Shown piece after piece: positions 27,608-37,704 of a stretch of DNA of 64,000 nt. The stretch is from a virus. Position 1 is the stretch's first letter. Each line of letters begins with the position of its first letter. Location: positions 96,001 through 160,000 of the IMG/VR virus record IMGVR_UViG_3300037488_003551; one strand, given 5' to 3'. A program made the position numbers and the translations under genes. Under the pieces are notes generated by a model. The model did not search any database and had not been told where the DNA came from. It saw nothing but the letters and a program-made list of their open reading frames with translations.

Positions 27608-29884
27608 TTATGCGCTCTTTAATTTGTTAAAGAGCGTTATCGTTTTCTTTAGTAGAGTACAGGCATAATCCTGGCTGTCAATAAGTATTAAGCCTAAAGA
27701 ACGATAAATTTTCATTCCGTAACCCATAGGAGACTTTTCCTTCTGAAAATTTATGTTCTTCATATGGGCTTTGTGCCGTATAAGATTGGACGTTCCCGTC
27801 CAAAAACGGCTATCCAAAATGGCAACGACTCCTAGGTCGGTTTGAGACCGTATTAGGCGTCCAGCCCCTTGGCGTACGGCTTCGAGCATGATGGGAACGG
27901 ATACTTCCATGAAGGAATTCGATCCAGCACGCGCGGTAAGAGCGCGGATGATTGGGTCGTCTGGTACGGGGAAAGGAAGTTTTGGGATAATCACCAGGCG
28001 TAGTTTGCTACCTTGGATATCGACCCCTTCCCAGAAGCTCTTGAGGCCATAGAGCATGGAATTAGGGGTTTGGTGATACTGTTTGGTCAGCGCGTCGGCT
28101 GTTATCCCGTCGCTTTGGGTAAGGACTGGGATGCCAGCTTCTTCTAAACGTCTTCGAGTTCGGTTAGCGACCTCTCGTAGGTCTTTGGCCGAAGAAAACA
28201 GGACGAATCCATCGCCAACGCTAGCTGTGGCGAGCGCTACGATTTCGTTTGCGATGTCGTCGTACCATTCGAAAAAGCCTCCCTTGGCGGGAATCGTATC
28301 CATGCGCGGAATATAGAGGCGAGCTGCTTTTCGATAGTCAAAGGGACTACCTACGACTTTTTCGACAACGTCGTCCTCCAGGCGATTATACCCAAGCGAT
28401 GCGCGCATGTAGGAGAAGTCGTTTCCATTTTGTGCGAGCGTAGCACTCGTGATGACGATGTGTTTGAAGTGTTTGTTTAGGGCTGGGCGGATAAGAGTTC
28501 CAACATCTACGGGAATAAGGCTGAGCCCTCGAGGGTCCAGTGCGGCTGTTTTGGTAGTGTAAAAATCCTCGGTACGAGCCTCTGTTAGGAATGAATTCAG
28601 TCGTTTGAGTTTGTTGATGAGGCGTGCGCGAATGGTGCAACCCTTCGGATTTTCCTCAAAGACTTCTTCTGTTATTGGTATACTTTCTAAGTACGTTGTT
28701 ACGCTGGAAATTCTAGTTACGAGCTGCGCATCAACTCCTAGGTCTTCTACGTACTTATTTATTTCAGCTAGTACTACAGGTGCAAAGTTATATTTATGGT
28801 CGTCGTTATCTGTAAAATTAGGAATTTCATTGAATGTAGGTCTGCTTACTGTATTTGCTATGTCTAGACGGTCTTTTAAATTTTTAGCTAATATATCTAG
28901 TTCTTCAGCTAATGGATGGTATGTAGCGTATCCTAGTCCCTCAGAACCCAGGAGCAGGAGGTCGGTACGCTGTAACTCGCTCGAAATTCCACCTAGATAT
29001 CCAGGAGATATTGTTGCTTGAAATGCGCTGCGTAGCGATGCCACCGCTTGGTGTGCTTCATCCATAACTAAAAACTTAAAAGCACGCTTTCCAAGACCGT
29101 CATCGAGTATTCCAGGAAAACGCAAGAAGGTTCCGAAGTAGTGGTAATTAGTAATGATTATGCGCGCTTTACGTGCGTTTTTTCCATAGCAATCATACTT
29201 ACAAACGCCAGGTTTTGGACAATTATCGGTTGAGATTTTTCCCCACCATTTGGCTTCGATATGTGCAGGCCAATTATCGAGGTCCGCAGGGCGTCCCTTG
29301 TACTTTTCTAAGAATGCGTCGAAATGTCCTTTGTAATTGTCAGGTACTTCTTTTCGTAGCTCCGGGCATGCGTAGTTGTTGCGGCCTTTGAGAAGGGCGT
29401 AGGAGATTCCGGTTTCCCCGTCGGCTCCAAGCGCTTCCAATATCTTCGGAAAATCGCGTGTGAGCTGTTTTTGTAGGGCTTTGTTTGATGTGATGATGAT
29501 GGCTCGAGCTGTACGGTCTTTTAAGAGCTCGAGGATAACAGGGATGATGTAGGCGTAACTTTTTCCAACGCCGGTTCCTCCTTCGATAAAGGTGACACTT
29601 TTGGGTTCGGCAAATTGCATGTCGATTGTGTTTGCATACTCGAGCTGTGCGGGTCTCCTTTCCTTGACGAGATTGCCTACTCCAATTTCTAGGAGGTCCG
29701 CCCCTGTCTTGGACAGGAGCTCACCGCAGAAGGTGCAGGGCATTTTGTTGGGGTCTTTGTCGGCATCGTACTCGACATCATAAGTGAGCCGGTAGATACC
29801 ACAGTTCGGGTTCTTACAGAGCATGTAGGGGTCCCTCCGAATTTTGATACGAGTCCCGGGTTTTTTGGGAATAGCTAGAGGCAT
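27608..29884 (-). CDS. dinG: DinG/XPD-family SF2 helicase with Fe-S cysteines and N-terminal zinc ribbon
   Basis: EGGTGVGKS, KGRNNYAC, DEAH, TSATL, FWEGVDIQG, QGAGRLIRS. Confidence 0.85.
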   Translation of the reverse strand: MPLAIPKKPGTRIKIRRDPYMLCKNPNCGIYRLTYDVEYDADKDPNKMPCTFCGELLSKTGADLLEIGVGNLVKERRPAQLEYANTIDMQFAEPKSVTFIEGGTGVGKSYAYIIPVILELLKDRTARAIIITSNKALQKQLTRDFPKILEALGADGETGISYALLKGRNNYACPELRKEVPDNYKGHFDAFLEKYKGRPADLDNWPAHIEAKWWGKISTDNCPKPGVCKYDCYGKNARKARIIITNYHYFGTFLRFPGILDDGLGKRAFKFLVMDEAHQAVASLRSAFQATISPGYLGGISSELQRTDLLLLGSEGLGYATYHPLAEELDILAKNLKDRLDIANTVSRPTFNEIPNFTDNDDHKYNFAPVVLAEINKYVEDLGVDAQLVTRISSVTTYLESIPITEEVFEENPKGCTIRARLINKLKRLNSFLTEARTEDFYTTKTAALDPRGLSLIPVDVGTLIRPALNKHFKHIVITSATLAQNGNDFSYMRASLGYNRLEDDVVEKVVGSPFDYRKAARLYIPRMDTIPAKGGFFEWYDDIANEIVALATASVGDGFVLFSSAKDLREVANRTRRRLEEAGIPVLTQSDGITADALTKQYHQTPNSMLYGLKSFWEGVDIQGSKLRLVIIPKLPFPVPDDPIIRALTARAGSNSFMEVSVPIMLEAVRQGAGRLIRSQTDLGVVAILDSRFWTGTSNLIRHKAHMKNINFQKEKSPMGYGMKIYRSLGLILIDSQDYACTLLKKTITLFNKLKSA

Positions 29885-30021
29885 TTCCTGGAACCGTATT
29901 CTTTGTTTCCAACCATAATTGATTGGTGCCTGAAGAATACGCGCAGAAATTAAGTTTGTAAAGCTCGTTCTTTTACCAGAAAAAGTGTGATATTCTCACT
30001 CGAAAATAGGAGGTCTCTAAT

Positions 30022-30600
30022 ATGTCAGACATGCCCCGAATCGGTGAAGAAGGATTTATTGGAACGACTGCAAAGGCCGCGAAGATTGAGGAAACTCTTT
30101 CAATCATGTCCGAGAAGCAGCCCACGGAGAAAAAACTCACGGAAGAGGAGCAGTACGTAAAAGGTCTCGAGGAGGCTGGCATCTCGGTCGCGCAGGCGCG
30201 GGTCATTATGGAAGCCATGTTCGTAAACGGCTTTTACGAGGAGGAAATTTACCTCGGCGCTAATACGTACGTGACGCTGCGCAGTCGTCAGTACTTTGAT
30301 ACGATTCGCGCAAATCGTAAGCTCGAGGCCGACCGCGTTGAGTACGTGGCATCGATTCAAAACGTCGTAAATAGTTACAACACGGCGGCATCACTCGTAA
30401 AATACGCGAATCGGGATTTTAGCGTTTCGAAGCCACATGACGATGTGGACCAGCAGGTTATCGAGGATTCGTTCACGAAGCGGTTGGACTTCTTGGAGCG
30501 CTTGCCCACGCAGGTCACCATTAAGCTCATGCAGAAGACTTTCGAGTTCGATAAGAAGCTCATGGCTGTCTTTTCGGACGGAGCCCCCCAGGATTTTTAA
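30022..30600 (+). CDS. Tail assembly chaperone (gpG-like)
   Basis: Directly upstream of the tape measure gene; ends in a slippery GGATTTTTAA. Confidence 0.65.
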   Translation: MSDMPRIGEEGFIGTTAKAAKIEETLSIMSEKQPTEKKLTEEEQYVKGLEEAGISVAQARVIMEAMFVNGFYEEEIYLGANTYVTLRSRQYFDTIRANRKLEADRVEYVASIQNVVNSYNTAASLVKYANRDFSVSKPHDDVDQQVIEDSFTKRLDFLERLPTQVTIKLMQKTFEFDKKLMAVFSDGAPQDF

Positions 30601-30947
30601 ATACGGCGGCGGGGCAAGTTCGAGCTTATGCCTACACGCATAACGCCCCGCTGCCCGAGACCGGGTCGTTTCATGAGCAAGTTCTTGCGGAGTCGATTCT
30701 CCGTGAGAGAAACTTGCAGTTTGCGAGCGTGGGCTTGATTGCGCGCTTGATTGGGTTGATGGGTGGCATCCCCGATAAAGTCTTGCAGCTCCACATGGAT
30801 CTGTTTAAGGAAGAGCTCTACCAGTTACGCTATAATAGTAAATACGTATCTGCGACTGAGCGTTGGCGAAAGATGATGCGAGACAAGGCACAGCACGAGG
30901 CTCGGCTCATGGAACGAGTTGCTAACATGACGTCTGACGAGGGCTAA
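30597..30947 (+). CDS. -1 frameshift extension of the tail assembly chaperone (gpGT-like)
   Basis: The -1 frame is open from 30597 (LNTAAGQVRAY...) through the listed 30714-30947 ORF. Confidence 0.65.
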   Translation, partial: LNTAAGQVRAYAYTHNAPLPETGSFHEQVLAESILRERNLQFASVGLIARLIGLMGGIPDKVLQLHMDLFKEELYQLRYNSKYVSATERWRKMMRDKAQHEARLMERVANMTSDEG

Positions 30948-30956
30948 AAACAGAAG

Positions 30957-33900
30957 ATGGCTGATAATAGCGGTTACAACTCGATGCAGGCAAACCTGGG
31001 CTTGATTCCGGGCGCGGGTCCGCAGGTCCAAGTGAAATCTCCCGCGCAGGCTGCAGCTGAGTTGTCGCAGCAGGCCTCGATGCAGATGCAGCAGGCGCAG
31101 CAGATGATGCCTGTCGTGCGTTCGAATACTGCTTCGTTTTCTTTCGGTCAGCAGTATCAGCAGCAGTTCCAGGCGGCGCAAGCGCAGTCGAACATGAACC
31201 CCTACGCCGCGGGGATGTTCGGGTCTTTCACTCAGCCTTCGGCTCTGCCTTCTCCGTTGATGATGACGCCGGCAAGCACCGGGAACTTTCGCCCACCCAT
31301 GCCTTTTGGCAGCGGGGCGGGGGGTTCTCCGATGTCGCCGATGGCGGTTATGCCGATGTTCCAGACGCCATTTACGCCCCAGCTTCCGACACCGAGCTTC
31401 CGTACTCCCTGGGAGCAGGAGATACAGCAGCGCGAGCTCCGGGCTGACCAGCTGTACTCCATGACGTCGCAGGCGCCGCGGTTCGGCGGTATGGCGGCGG
31501 GGTATGGGATAGGTGCGATGGCAGGGGCGGCGGCCGGCAGTCGGTTCGGGGCGGTCGGGCGCGGTGCGGGCGCGGTGCTCGGAGGTCTGCTCGCGCACTA
31601 CTCGGGGTTCTCCGAGGGCATGGGCGCGGCGGGGATGATGCCGTTTCGTCCTGGGCGTGAGGGACACGAGATGGGCCTTTCTGCCCAGCGAATGTCCCAA
31701 GATTGGGTAGTAGGAGGTCCGAACCTTCACGAGCTCGGGCGGGGGCTTAGCCGGGGCTCTTCGATGGCGCTGGGTACCGGCATCCAGCGCATGGCTGAGT
31801 CGCAGAGCTTCAAGGCCGAGACCGGGGGCATGTTCAATCGTCACGACCTGATGCAGATTATGCAAAAATCTGGTCAGGCCGGCATGATGGATATGGACCA
31901 AGGTGTTGGTCGGATTCAGCAGCAACTTCGGGATGTTAGTCGGACGGTGAGGCGCTTTATGGAGCTCACCAACGACCCCGATGTGACGAGTGTAATTAAA
32001 CAGATGGGGCAGATGCATTCCTTGGGAATGTCTGTCCCGGAGATTGAGAAGGCCGCCTCGAGCATGCGTGCGTACTCGCGCGCCGCGGGGACGACAGTTA
32101 GCGGATTGTACCAGCAAGGCCTCCCTGGAGCGATGACCTACCAGGGCTTGGGGCTCTCGGGTGGCGCGGGTCTGCAGTACGGCATGTACTCAGCGGCGGC
32201 GGCGCGGCAGGCAGTAGCTTCAGGAACTTTCTCGAATGCTGAGCTTTCAATGTTCGGCGGAGTTCAAGGTGTAGCACAGAGGAACATGCAGGCGCAAGGG
32301 GCATTTATGTCCATGCCGATGTTCGGTGCTTCCATCAGCTCTTACGGGGCTGGCGGCTGGGGTATGAACGCGGGGTCTCTCGCGCGCATGGGCGGGGGCG
32401 GAGCGGGGCCACAAGGGATGGTCATGGGCGCGGTCTCCAACATGAACGCTGCGTTGGGCGCAGGTGGCATTGGAGCTCTGGCCATGATGCCGCTGCAGCA
32501 GAAGCAGATCATGGACCAGGCCGCTCGGACAATGACTCCGTACGAGCAGACGGCCATGCGCTTTTCGATGGCGTCCGATACCGGCAAGTTCCTTGGGCTC
32601 AAGGGCGCGGGGGGGTTCGCGGCGGGCGCGCGGATGCTCTACGGGGATGAAGTCGCGTCGCAGATGATGACCGAGGCGGCGAATCCAGCTTACTGGCGTG
32701 CCCAGAAGGCGATGATTCAGCGAGAGCGGGATGACATCGCTCGGTCGCAGCGCCAGGACATTATGGATGCGACACCCGGCGCTTTTTCTAAGATGGCGAT
32801 GGCTACGGGAGTTGCGGTCCGAGACGCGGCGTCTCCTATTGTCAATCCCATTACGGGTGCGGTCGAAGCTGCTGGACGTGGGTGGAGGTCGCACGTTACG
32901 AATCCTCTGCAAGAGTTCAGTGATATGGCTTCAGGGGTTACGACCTACGATCAGACCGACGCGATTTTAGGTGCGGACCGTTCTACGAAGGCTGGACGTA
33001 AGAGTTTTAGAGCTCGGCAGGCATTTCGCGCCAAACATGGAAAAGCGACGAGTAGTGCGGGTGGATTAGGAATGACTGGGCGTCAGGGATACGACGCTTT
33101 TATGCGCACGGCGTATGGTGATGAAAGTATTGGGGGAGGTTTGTCGGGGTTGGGATTGGACACTGCGAGTACACTGGCAGGGTTTGCATTACCAGCGCTT
33201 GGTATGGCGGATATGGCTCTGAGTTTTGCGGGAGTAGATACGGGAGAAGCTGTTAGAGCTGGTCTTGGGAGTGCCTATCTGGCCTACGCTGGAATGGCTG
33301 GAGGAGAGCATAAGACTGCTATTCAAGCTGTACAGGACCGGGACAGGCGCTTGGCGGGGACTTTCCGCGGGGCGGCGAGTCGAACGATGCAGAGCTCGAC
33401 GGACGTTTATGCGGGATTGGAAAAATCTCTTGGCTTAAAAGGTGGACAAGGCCTGGATTCAATGATCTCAGCTGGAAGGGCGTTAGCTCGTGCGGCTGAA
33501 GGCAAATCAGGCATTCTTGATGCGACTACTGGACGTATTTCGGACGAGACTATTCGGTCTTCACTGGCTGCAGGTATTGCGAATGCTACAGGTAAATCTC
33601 AAGCAGCAGTAGAAGCTTCGTTGCAGGGAATGAGTGAAGAGCAATTACGGGGATTAACCGAAACAACCCTTGCAGCGGGACAGCGTTTGACTACAGCAGA
33701 AGGAAGAAATGTTTTTCGTTTATCGGAAGAACGCGCGGCTGGAGGTGTTGGACGAAGTACGATGGTTTCGGTTAGAGACCAGATAGCTGGTATTAAAAAT
33801 CAAATGGGAGATATCGAAAAAGGTTGGGGTATTGGAGCGGGTGATACTCGAGATGAATTACGTAAATTAGTTGCGAATCGTTCTCCTGCTGAAATTATGG

Positions 33901-34592
33901 CTGCTATTTCTGGAAAGACTAAAAAAGGAAATGCAGCTTGGACTGCGCGTATAAGAGAAGAAACACAAGCTGAATTGGGACCCAAAGCTACTAAGGCTCA
34001 AGTTGATGCTGTAGTTGCTCAACGCATAGACGATATGGGCAATTTGGATATGTCCAAAGACTTACAGACTAAAGTTTCTCGCATGGTTGAGCGCGGAGAT
34101 GCGGGTCTCGCAGAACTTACGGATTACATAAATAATGTAGGAGCTCTCCAAGGTGCGGAATATGCGTCCTCTGCTTTTAGTGGGATGAGCAAGGCTACTG
34201 GATTAAAGATTGAGTCTGAAGCAGATTTACGAGCTCTTTCCGCTGGAGATATTCAGAAATTAGGTAAAGATTCACGTTATGCCAATCTAGCGGGAATGCT
34301 TTCGAAGCGTAAAAAAGCTACGGGTGGAGCAGCGGAGCAACTTCAGACAGATATCTATGAAGAGCTTGCTAATATCGGCTCAAGCCTTTCGTCTGAGTCT
34401 AACGTCTCTGCCACAGGCGAAAAAGCTCGGGGTCTTACGACGTCTGAAAAGAAACTCTCAGAGGTTGCAGACCAGATGTCAGCTTCTTTTAAGTATTTCA
34501 CCGAAGATGCTGCGAAGAATTTTAGAGATGGTGCCGTAGCTTTTAACGAAGCAATGAGGACAGGACAACTCAAATCAGGGATACCAGACTAA
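30957..34592 (+). CDS. Tape measure protein
   Basis: 1211 aa, Ala/Gly/Met/Gln-rich helical composition; lies between chaperone and baseplate genes. Confidence 0.7.
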   Translation: MADNSGYNSMQANLGLIPGAGPQVQVKSPAQAAAELSQQASMQMQQAQQMMPVVRSNTASFSFGQQYQQQFQAAQAQSNMNPYAAGMFGSFTQPSALPSPLMMTPASTGNFRPPMPFGSGAGGSPMSPMAVMPMFQTPFTPQLPTPSFRTPWEQEIQQRELRADQLYSMTSQAPRFGGMAAGYGIGAMAGAAAGSRFGAVGRGAGAVLGGLLAHYSGFSEGMGAAGMMPFRPGREGHEMGLSAQRMSQDWVVGGPNLHELGRGLSRGSSMALGTGIQRMAESQSFKAETGGMFNRHDLMQIMQKSGQAGMMDMDQGVGRIQQQLRDVSRTVRRFMELTNDPDVTSVIKQMGQMHSLGMSVPEIEKAASSMRAYSRAAGTTVSGLYQQGLPGAMTYQGLGLSGGAGLQYGMYSAAAARQAVASGTFSNAELSMFGGVQGVAQRNMQAQGAFMSMPMFGASISSYGAGGWGMNAGSLARMGGGGAGPQGMVMGAVSNMNAALGAGGIGALAMMPLQQKQIMDQAARTMTPYEQTAMRFSMASDTGKFLGLKGAGGFAAGARMLYGDEVASQMMTEAANPAYWRAQKAMIQRERDDIARSQRQDIMDATPGAFSKMAMATGVAVRDAASPIVNPITGAVEAAGRGWRSHVTNPLQEFSDMASGVTTYDQTDAILGADRSTKAGRKSFRARQAFRAKHGKATSSAGGLGMTGRQGYDAFMRTAYGDESIGGGLSGLGLDTASTLAGFALPALGMADMALSFAGVDTGEAVRAGLGSAYLAYAGMAGGEHKTAIQAVQDRDRRLAGTFRGAASRTMQSSTDVYAGLEKSLGLKGGQGLDSMISAGRALARAAEGKSGILDATTGRISDETIRSSLAAGIANATGKSQAAVEASLQGMSEEQLRGLTETTLAAGQRLTTAEGRNVFRLSEERAAGGVGRSTMVSVRDQIAGIKNQMGDIEKGWGIGAGDTRDELRKLVANRSPAEIMAAISGKTKKGNAAWTARIREETQAELGPKATKAQVDAVVAQRIDDMGNLDMSKDLQTKVSRMVERGDAGLAELTDYINNVGALQGAEYASSAFSGMSKATGLKIESEADLRALSAGDIQKLGKDSRYANLAGMLSKRKKATGGAAEQLQTDIYEELANIGSSLSSESNVSATGEKARGLTTSEKKLSEVADQMSASFKYFTEDAAKNFRDGAVAFNEAMRTGQLKSGIPD

Positions 34593-34810
34593 TGACAGCA
34601 CCACGAAAACGCCGCGTAATCCCGAGAGCCGACCATTTTCTTCGGTATATCAACGATATTATCCTGAGTAATCTTCGTGCCAGAACAGAAGAAGATACAA
34701 CCATAACGCTCCCTGGTATCGTTTCTCGGGCATACATGATCGTTAATGAGACCGCCACCCTCGAGGTTTCGGATTTAACTCCGGACCACGAGGTCGTTGT
34801 GGAGCAATAG
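34592..34810 (+). CDS. Small hypothetical tail protein
   Basis: 72 aa, coupled on both sides. Confidence 0.5.
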   Translation: MTAPRKRRVIPRADHFLRYINDIILSNLRARTEEDTTITLPGIVSRAYMIVNETATLEVSDLTPDHEVVVEQ

Positions 34811-35932
34811 ATGGCGGATAAAACGAAAACTCCCATTCCAGCAGATGATCCTTTTCTCGATAAACTGGATTTCTTAAATACAGGGGGTACTTTAGAGGAC
34901 GATGAAGATCTCTTTCTTTTTTACGGGTTATCCGAGGGCGCACGGTATGGAGGTAGCAATCTAAAGACGGGGCGCCCAGCAAATGCGAACGGTCAATACT
35001 CGTCTTTTCCTGGTGCCACTCCTAAATACGCGCGGCATCTTCCCGGACGCAATCGTGAAAATTATGACACGCTTGCGAGGATGTATATTAGGGTTCCAAA
35101 GGACGGTAGAGCTGATGCTATACGTAAGAATTTACAGAATAGCGTTAGTCAAGACGTAGCGAGTGTTATGATGGGAGACGGTTCGGCTAAATCGTCTGCT
35201 TTAGGTTATGTAGATTTCTTTTTAGATTCAATACAGTCTAATTTATCGGAGAAAGTTCAGGTCACGGAGGTCCTTGAGGATAATTTCGTGGCATTCTTTT
35301 TTGGAGCTTCTCCTCCGACACAAGTTTTTACCGGACATCTGATGAATACGCTCCAAGATGATTGGGCGGTCCAGATGTTGGCGGCCTATCAGGACCTTTT
35401 TAGAGGGACGATGCTCGCGCGGCGCGGTCTGCAGCTCTATATACGCTACGATTCGTATATTATCAGCGGCGCGTGCACTGGCTTGTCTCTCACTAGGTCT
35501 TCTCAAAACGAAAACATTGTCCCTTTCTCGTTACAGATGCTAGTGCACCGTCAGCATCTTTTGTATGGGAATGCTTTTGGGTCGACACAGCTCCCGGCGA
35601 GTGCAGGGTCATTTATCCCGACAGATGCATTTCCTTTTTCAGAGCCCAAAGTCGCGCAGCTTCGTCCGCTTATTGCGAAGGCTGCAGCGGTTCCGACTGA
35701 TGGGGTAAATGACCTCTCGTGTGAACCAGAAGACCCTTGGTTGAAAGCGCTGAAGGAAGATGATATCGCACTCGATGCTAGTCAGTCTTCAGGGCAGTCA
35801 GAAGCGTCAGACCCAACGCGTCCCGGGGCATGGACTGGTCCTGAGCCAAGATTCGTACGTGCTTCTGTACCACAGACGGACACTCGAACCTCGATGCCAG
35901 GTTTTACTCCGTTTAAGAATCTAGATTTCTGA
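34811..35932 (+). CDS. Tail tube initiator/baseplate-associated protein (putative)
   Basis: Position after the tape measure gene; EKVQV.E...FFFG.SP...FTG.L pattern. Confidence 0.45.
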   Translation: MADKTKTPIPADDPFLDKLDFLNTGGTLEDDEDLFLFYGLSEGARYGGSNLKTGRPANANGQYSSFPGATPKYARHLPGRNRENYDTLARMYIRVPKDGRADAIRKNLQNSVSQDVASVMMGDGSAKSSALGYVDFFLDSIQSNLSEKVQVTEVLEDNFVAFFFGASPPTQVFTGHLMNTLQDDWAVQMLAAYQDLFRGTMLARRGLQLYIRYDSYIISGACTGLSLTRSSQNENIVPFSLQMLVHRQHLLYGNAFGSTQLPASAGSFIPTDAFPFSEPKVAQLRPLIAKAAAVPTDGVNDLSCEPEDPWLKALKEDDIALDASQSSGQSEASDPTRPGAWTGPEPRFVRASVPQTDTRTSMPGFTPFKNLDF

Positions 35933-35953
35933 GTTCTCAGAGGAGCGAGCGCA

Positions 35954-36772
35954 ATGGCACTATCAGATTTCGCAATAGACCAAATCGGACTTGCCCCGGA
36001 AGTTCCAACTGTCTCACGGCGAGATATTCTTCCGACGTCGATAGCAGGTGGTCCTGTTACTTTTACGGCTGTGACTGCTGGTCTCACGTACGCGTGGGTA
36101 GTGACGCAGACTCCGGGGTCGGCAGTGCCCCTCGGAGGCGCTGCTACACAGACTTGCACAATCGCAGCTGAAATGACGGGCGGTTACCTCGTGCGTCTCA
36201 CTGTAAACGCGGGTCTGCCTACGGAGGATATTGCCGAACTCTATTTTGGAATTGGCGTTCTTATAAACGGCATTCGATATCCTCTTCCAGCTCTTACGGA
36301 GACGGTACAGGACAACAGTATCGGTACTCCTGAGTTTGGATGGCTTGAAAAGGAACTGGCGGTCATTCGAGCCATCGTAGCGGAAATATTCACGGGGACC
36401 GCCTGGATGGGTGACACCGTAGATGCTACTCCCACGGAGATTTATGAAGGTGGAGTTCCTCCGGGACGTGAAGCTATTCCATTAAACTGCGTCACGCCCT
36501 ATACGATAACTTTTAGAGCTTTTGACCCACTGCACGGGGGTCAGGGAAAAGTTTGGAAGGTTGAGTTCGCGACTATCAATACGGGAGCTACGACTTCCGT
36601 CCTATTAGATATTCCCGTTATAACAATTATTGGACAGACGGACCCACCTGGAGGTGGTGTGGGTACTGATCTTTGGGATGTGGATGTGTCTGTGCACACA
36701 CCGTCCGATACGCTGGTTTTGACCGTAACAGGTGAAGCTGCGGTTAATATCGCGTGGGAAGCACACTCATGA
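35954..36772 (+). CDS. Structural protein with PKD/Ig-like segment
   Basis: TYAWVVTQTPGS...GGYLVRLTVN pattern. Confidence 0.5.
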   Translation: MALSDFAIDQIGLAPEVPTVSRRDILPTSIAGGPVTFTAVTAGLTYAWVVTQTPGSAVPLGGAATQTCTIAAEMTGGYLVRLTVNAGLPTEDIAELYFGIGVLINGIRYPLPALTETVQDNSIGTPEFGWLEKELAVIRAIVAEIFTGTAWMGDTVDATPTEIYEGGVPPGREAIPLNCVTPYTITFRAFDPLHGGQGKVWKVEFATINTGATTSVLLDIPVITIIGQTDPPGGGVGTDLWDVDVSVHTPSDTLVLTVTGEAAVNIAWEAHS

Positions 36773-37203
36773 CAGACCTGACTCGATACCGTGGTGGATA
36801 TGGGATAGCTCCTTGTGGCCATACCCTTGCTGGCGGGACCGCGTCTCCTACTGAACCGCGATTCTCGAGCTCGCGGCCGGTTGATAAGCAGAAGAACGTG
36901 CCTGTTTCGCAGATTTTGCGTTTCTTTGTTTATAACTACACAAGTTTTTCGGATATCGCGGATATTGTTATCCGTGTGAGTGAGGACGCGGGATTAATTT
37001 ATGCCCCTGCTTTTGATTCGACTGGATTTCTTTCTCCGTATAACGGAGCTAAAAGTCAGATAAAGCGTTATGACGGGCATACCTTGGCAATTTATATCCA
37101 GAAGACTTCGAATTGGCCGGTGGGGTCAAAAATTATGATTGAGTACGAGTGCGTCGACGAATACGGAAATACGGCGACACGAACTGCGCCGATACGGTGG
37201 TGA
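36769..37203 (+). CDS. Hypothetical structural protein
   Basis: ATGA-coupled start at 36769. Confidence 0.5.
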   Translation: MTDLTRYRGGYGIAPCGHTLAGGTASPTEPRFSSSRPVDKQKNVPVSQILRFFVYNYTSFSDIADIVIRVSEDAGLIYAPAFDSTGFLSPYNGAKSQIKRYDGHTLAIYIQKTSNWPVGSKIMIEYECVDEYGNTATRTAPIRW

Positions 37204-37206
37204 CGA

Positions 37207-37698
37207 ATGTCTTTTACGTGGGAGTTTGAAACTGAAGGACGTAGCACGGTTCCAGTGATACGCAGGTGTCACCGTGGACCTATGCTCCCGGTAGAGGTAG
37301 CTCTCGCCAGCCGCTTCACGGTTTTGACAACCCTAAATGGACTACGTAGTCGAGTCTTGGGTGTGATTGTCGATACGACAGAGGCTCCCGTGCGTACGCG
37401 CGAGATTCTTTTGCGCGTTTTGCACAGCAATGTTGGAAGTGTTTTCAGCGATTACAAGAGTGTGCAGCCAGACCTCGAGGCTATTATATGCGAAAAGAGG
37501 AATAGTATCGACATAGCTTCCGACCTGGACTATTATCAGAGAGAATTTATCGACGCTTTGATTCCCATAGAGGCTACACGTGTTTCCAGAGAACAGCTAA
37601 ATATTGTTTATCAGGCTTTACGCTCAAAGAATGCTATCATGCGAGTTGCCGGCTACTGCGCGGTGGTATTACTAGGTGCCGTTATAGAGATTCGGTGA
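37207..37698 (+). CDS. Hypothetical protein
   Basis: 163 aa ORF in the operon. Confidence 0.5.
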   Translation: MSFTWEFETEGRSTVPVIRRCHRGPMLPVEVALASRFTVLTTLNGLRSRVLGVIVDTTEAPVRTREILLRVLHSNVGSVFSDYKSVQPDLEAIICEKRNSIDIASDLDYYQREFIDALIPIEATRVSREQLNIVYQALRSKNAIMRVAGYCAVVLLGAVIEIR

Positions 37699-37704
37699 TA
37701 ACGA

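Noticed and set aside
27608-29884. DinG as a type IV CRISPR-associated CasDinG
   Set aside because: No cas genes or repeat-spacer array visible in the window
29895-29941. 9-bp inverted repeat CGTATTCTT/AAGAATACG upstream of dinG
   Set aside because: Short stem with a long, weakly paired interior; not distinguishable from chance
30825-32912. Long antisense ORFs (430 aa, 221 aa) and similar shadows elsewhere (e.g. 14215-15117, 16262-17080, 43890-44711)
   Set aside because: Low-complexity Arg/His/Gly-rich shadows of GC-rich real genes on the opposite strand
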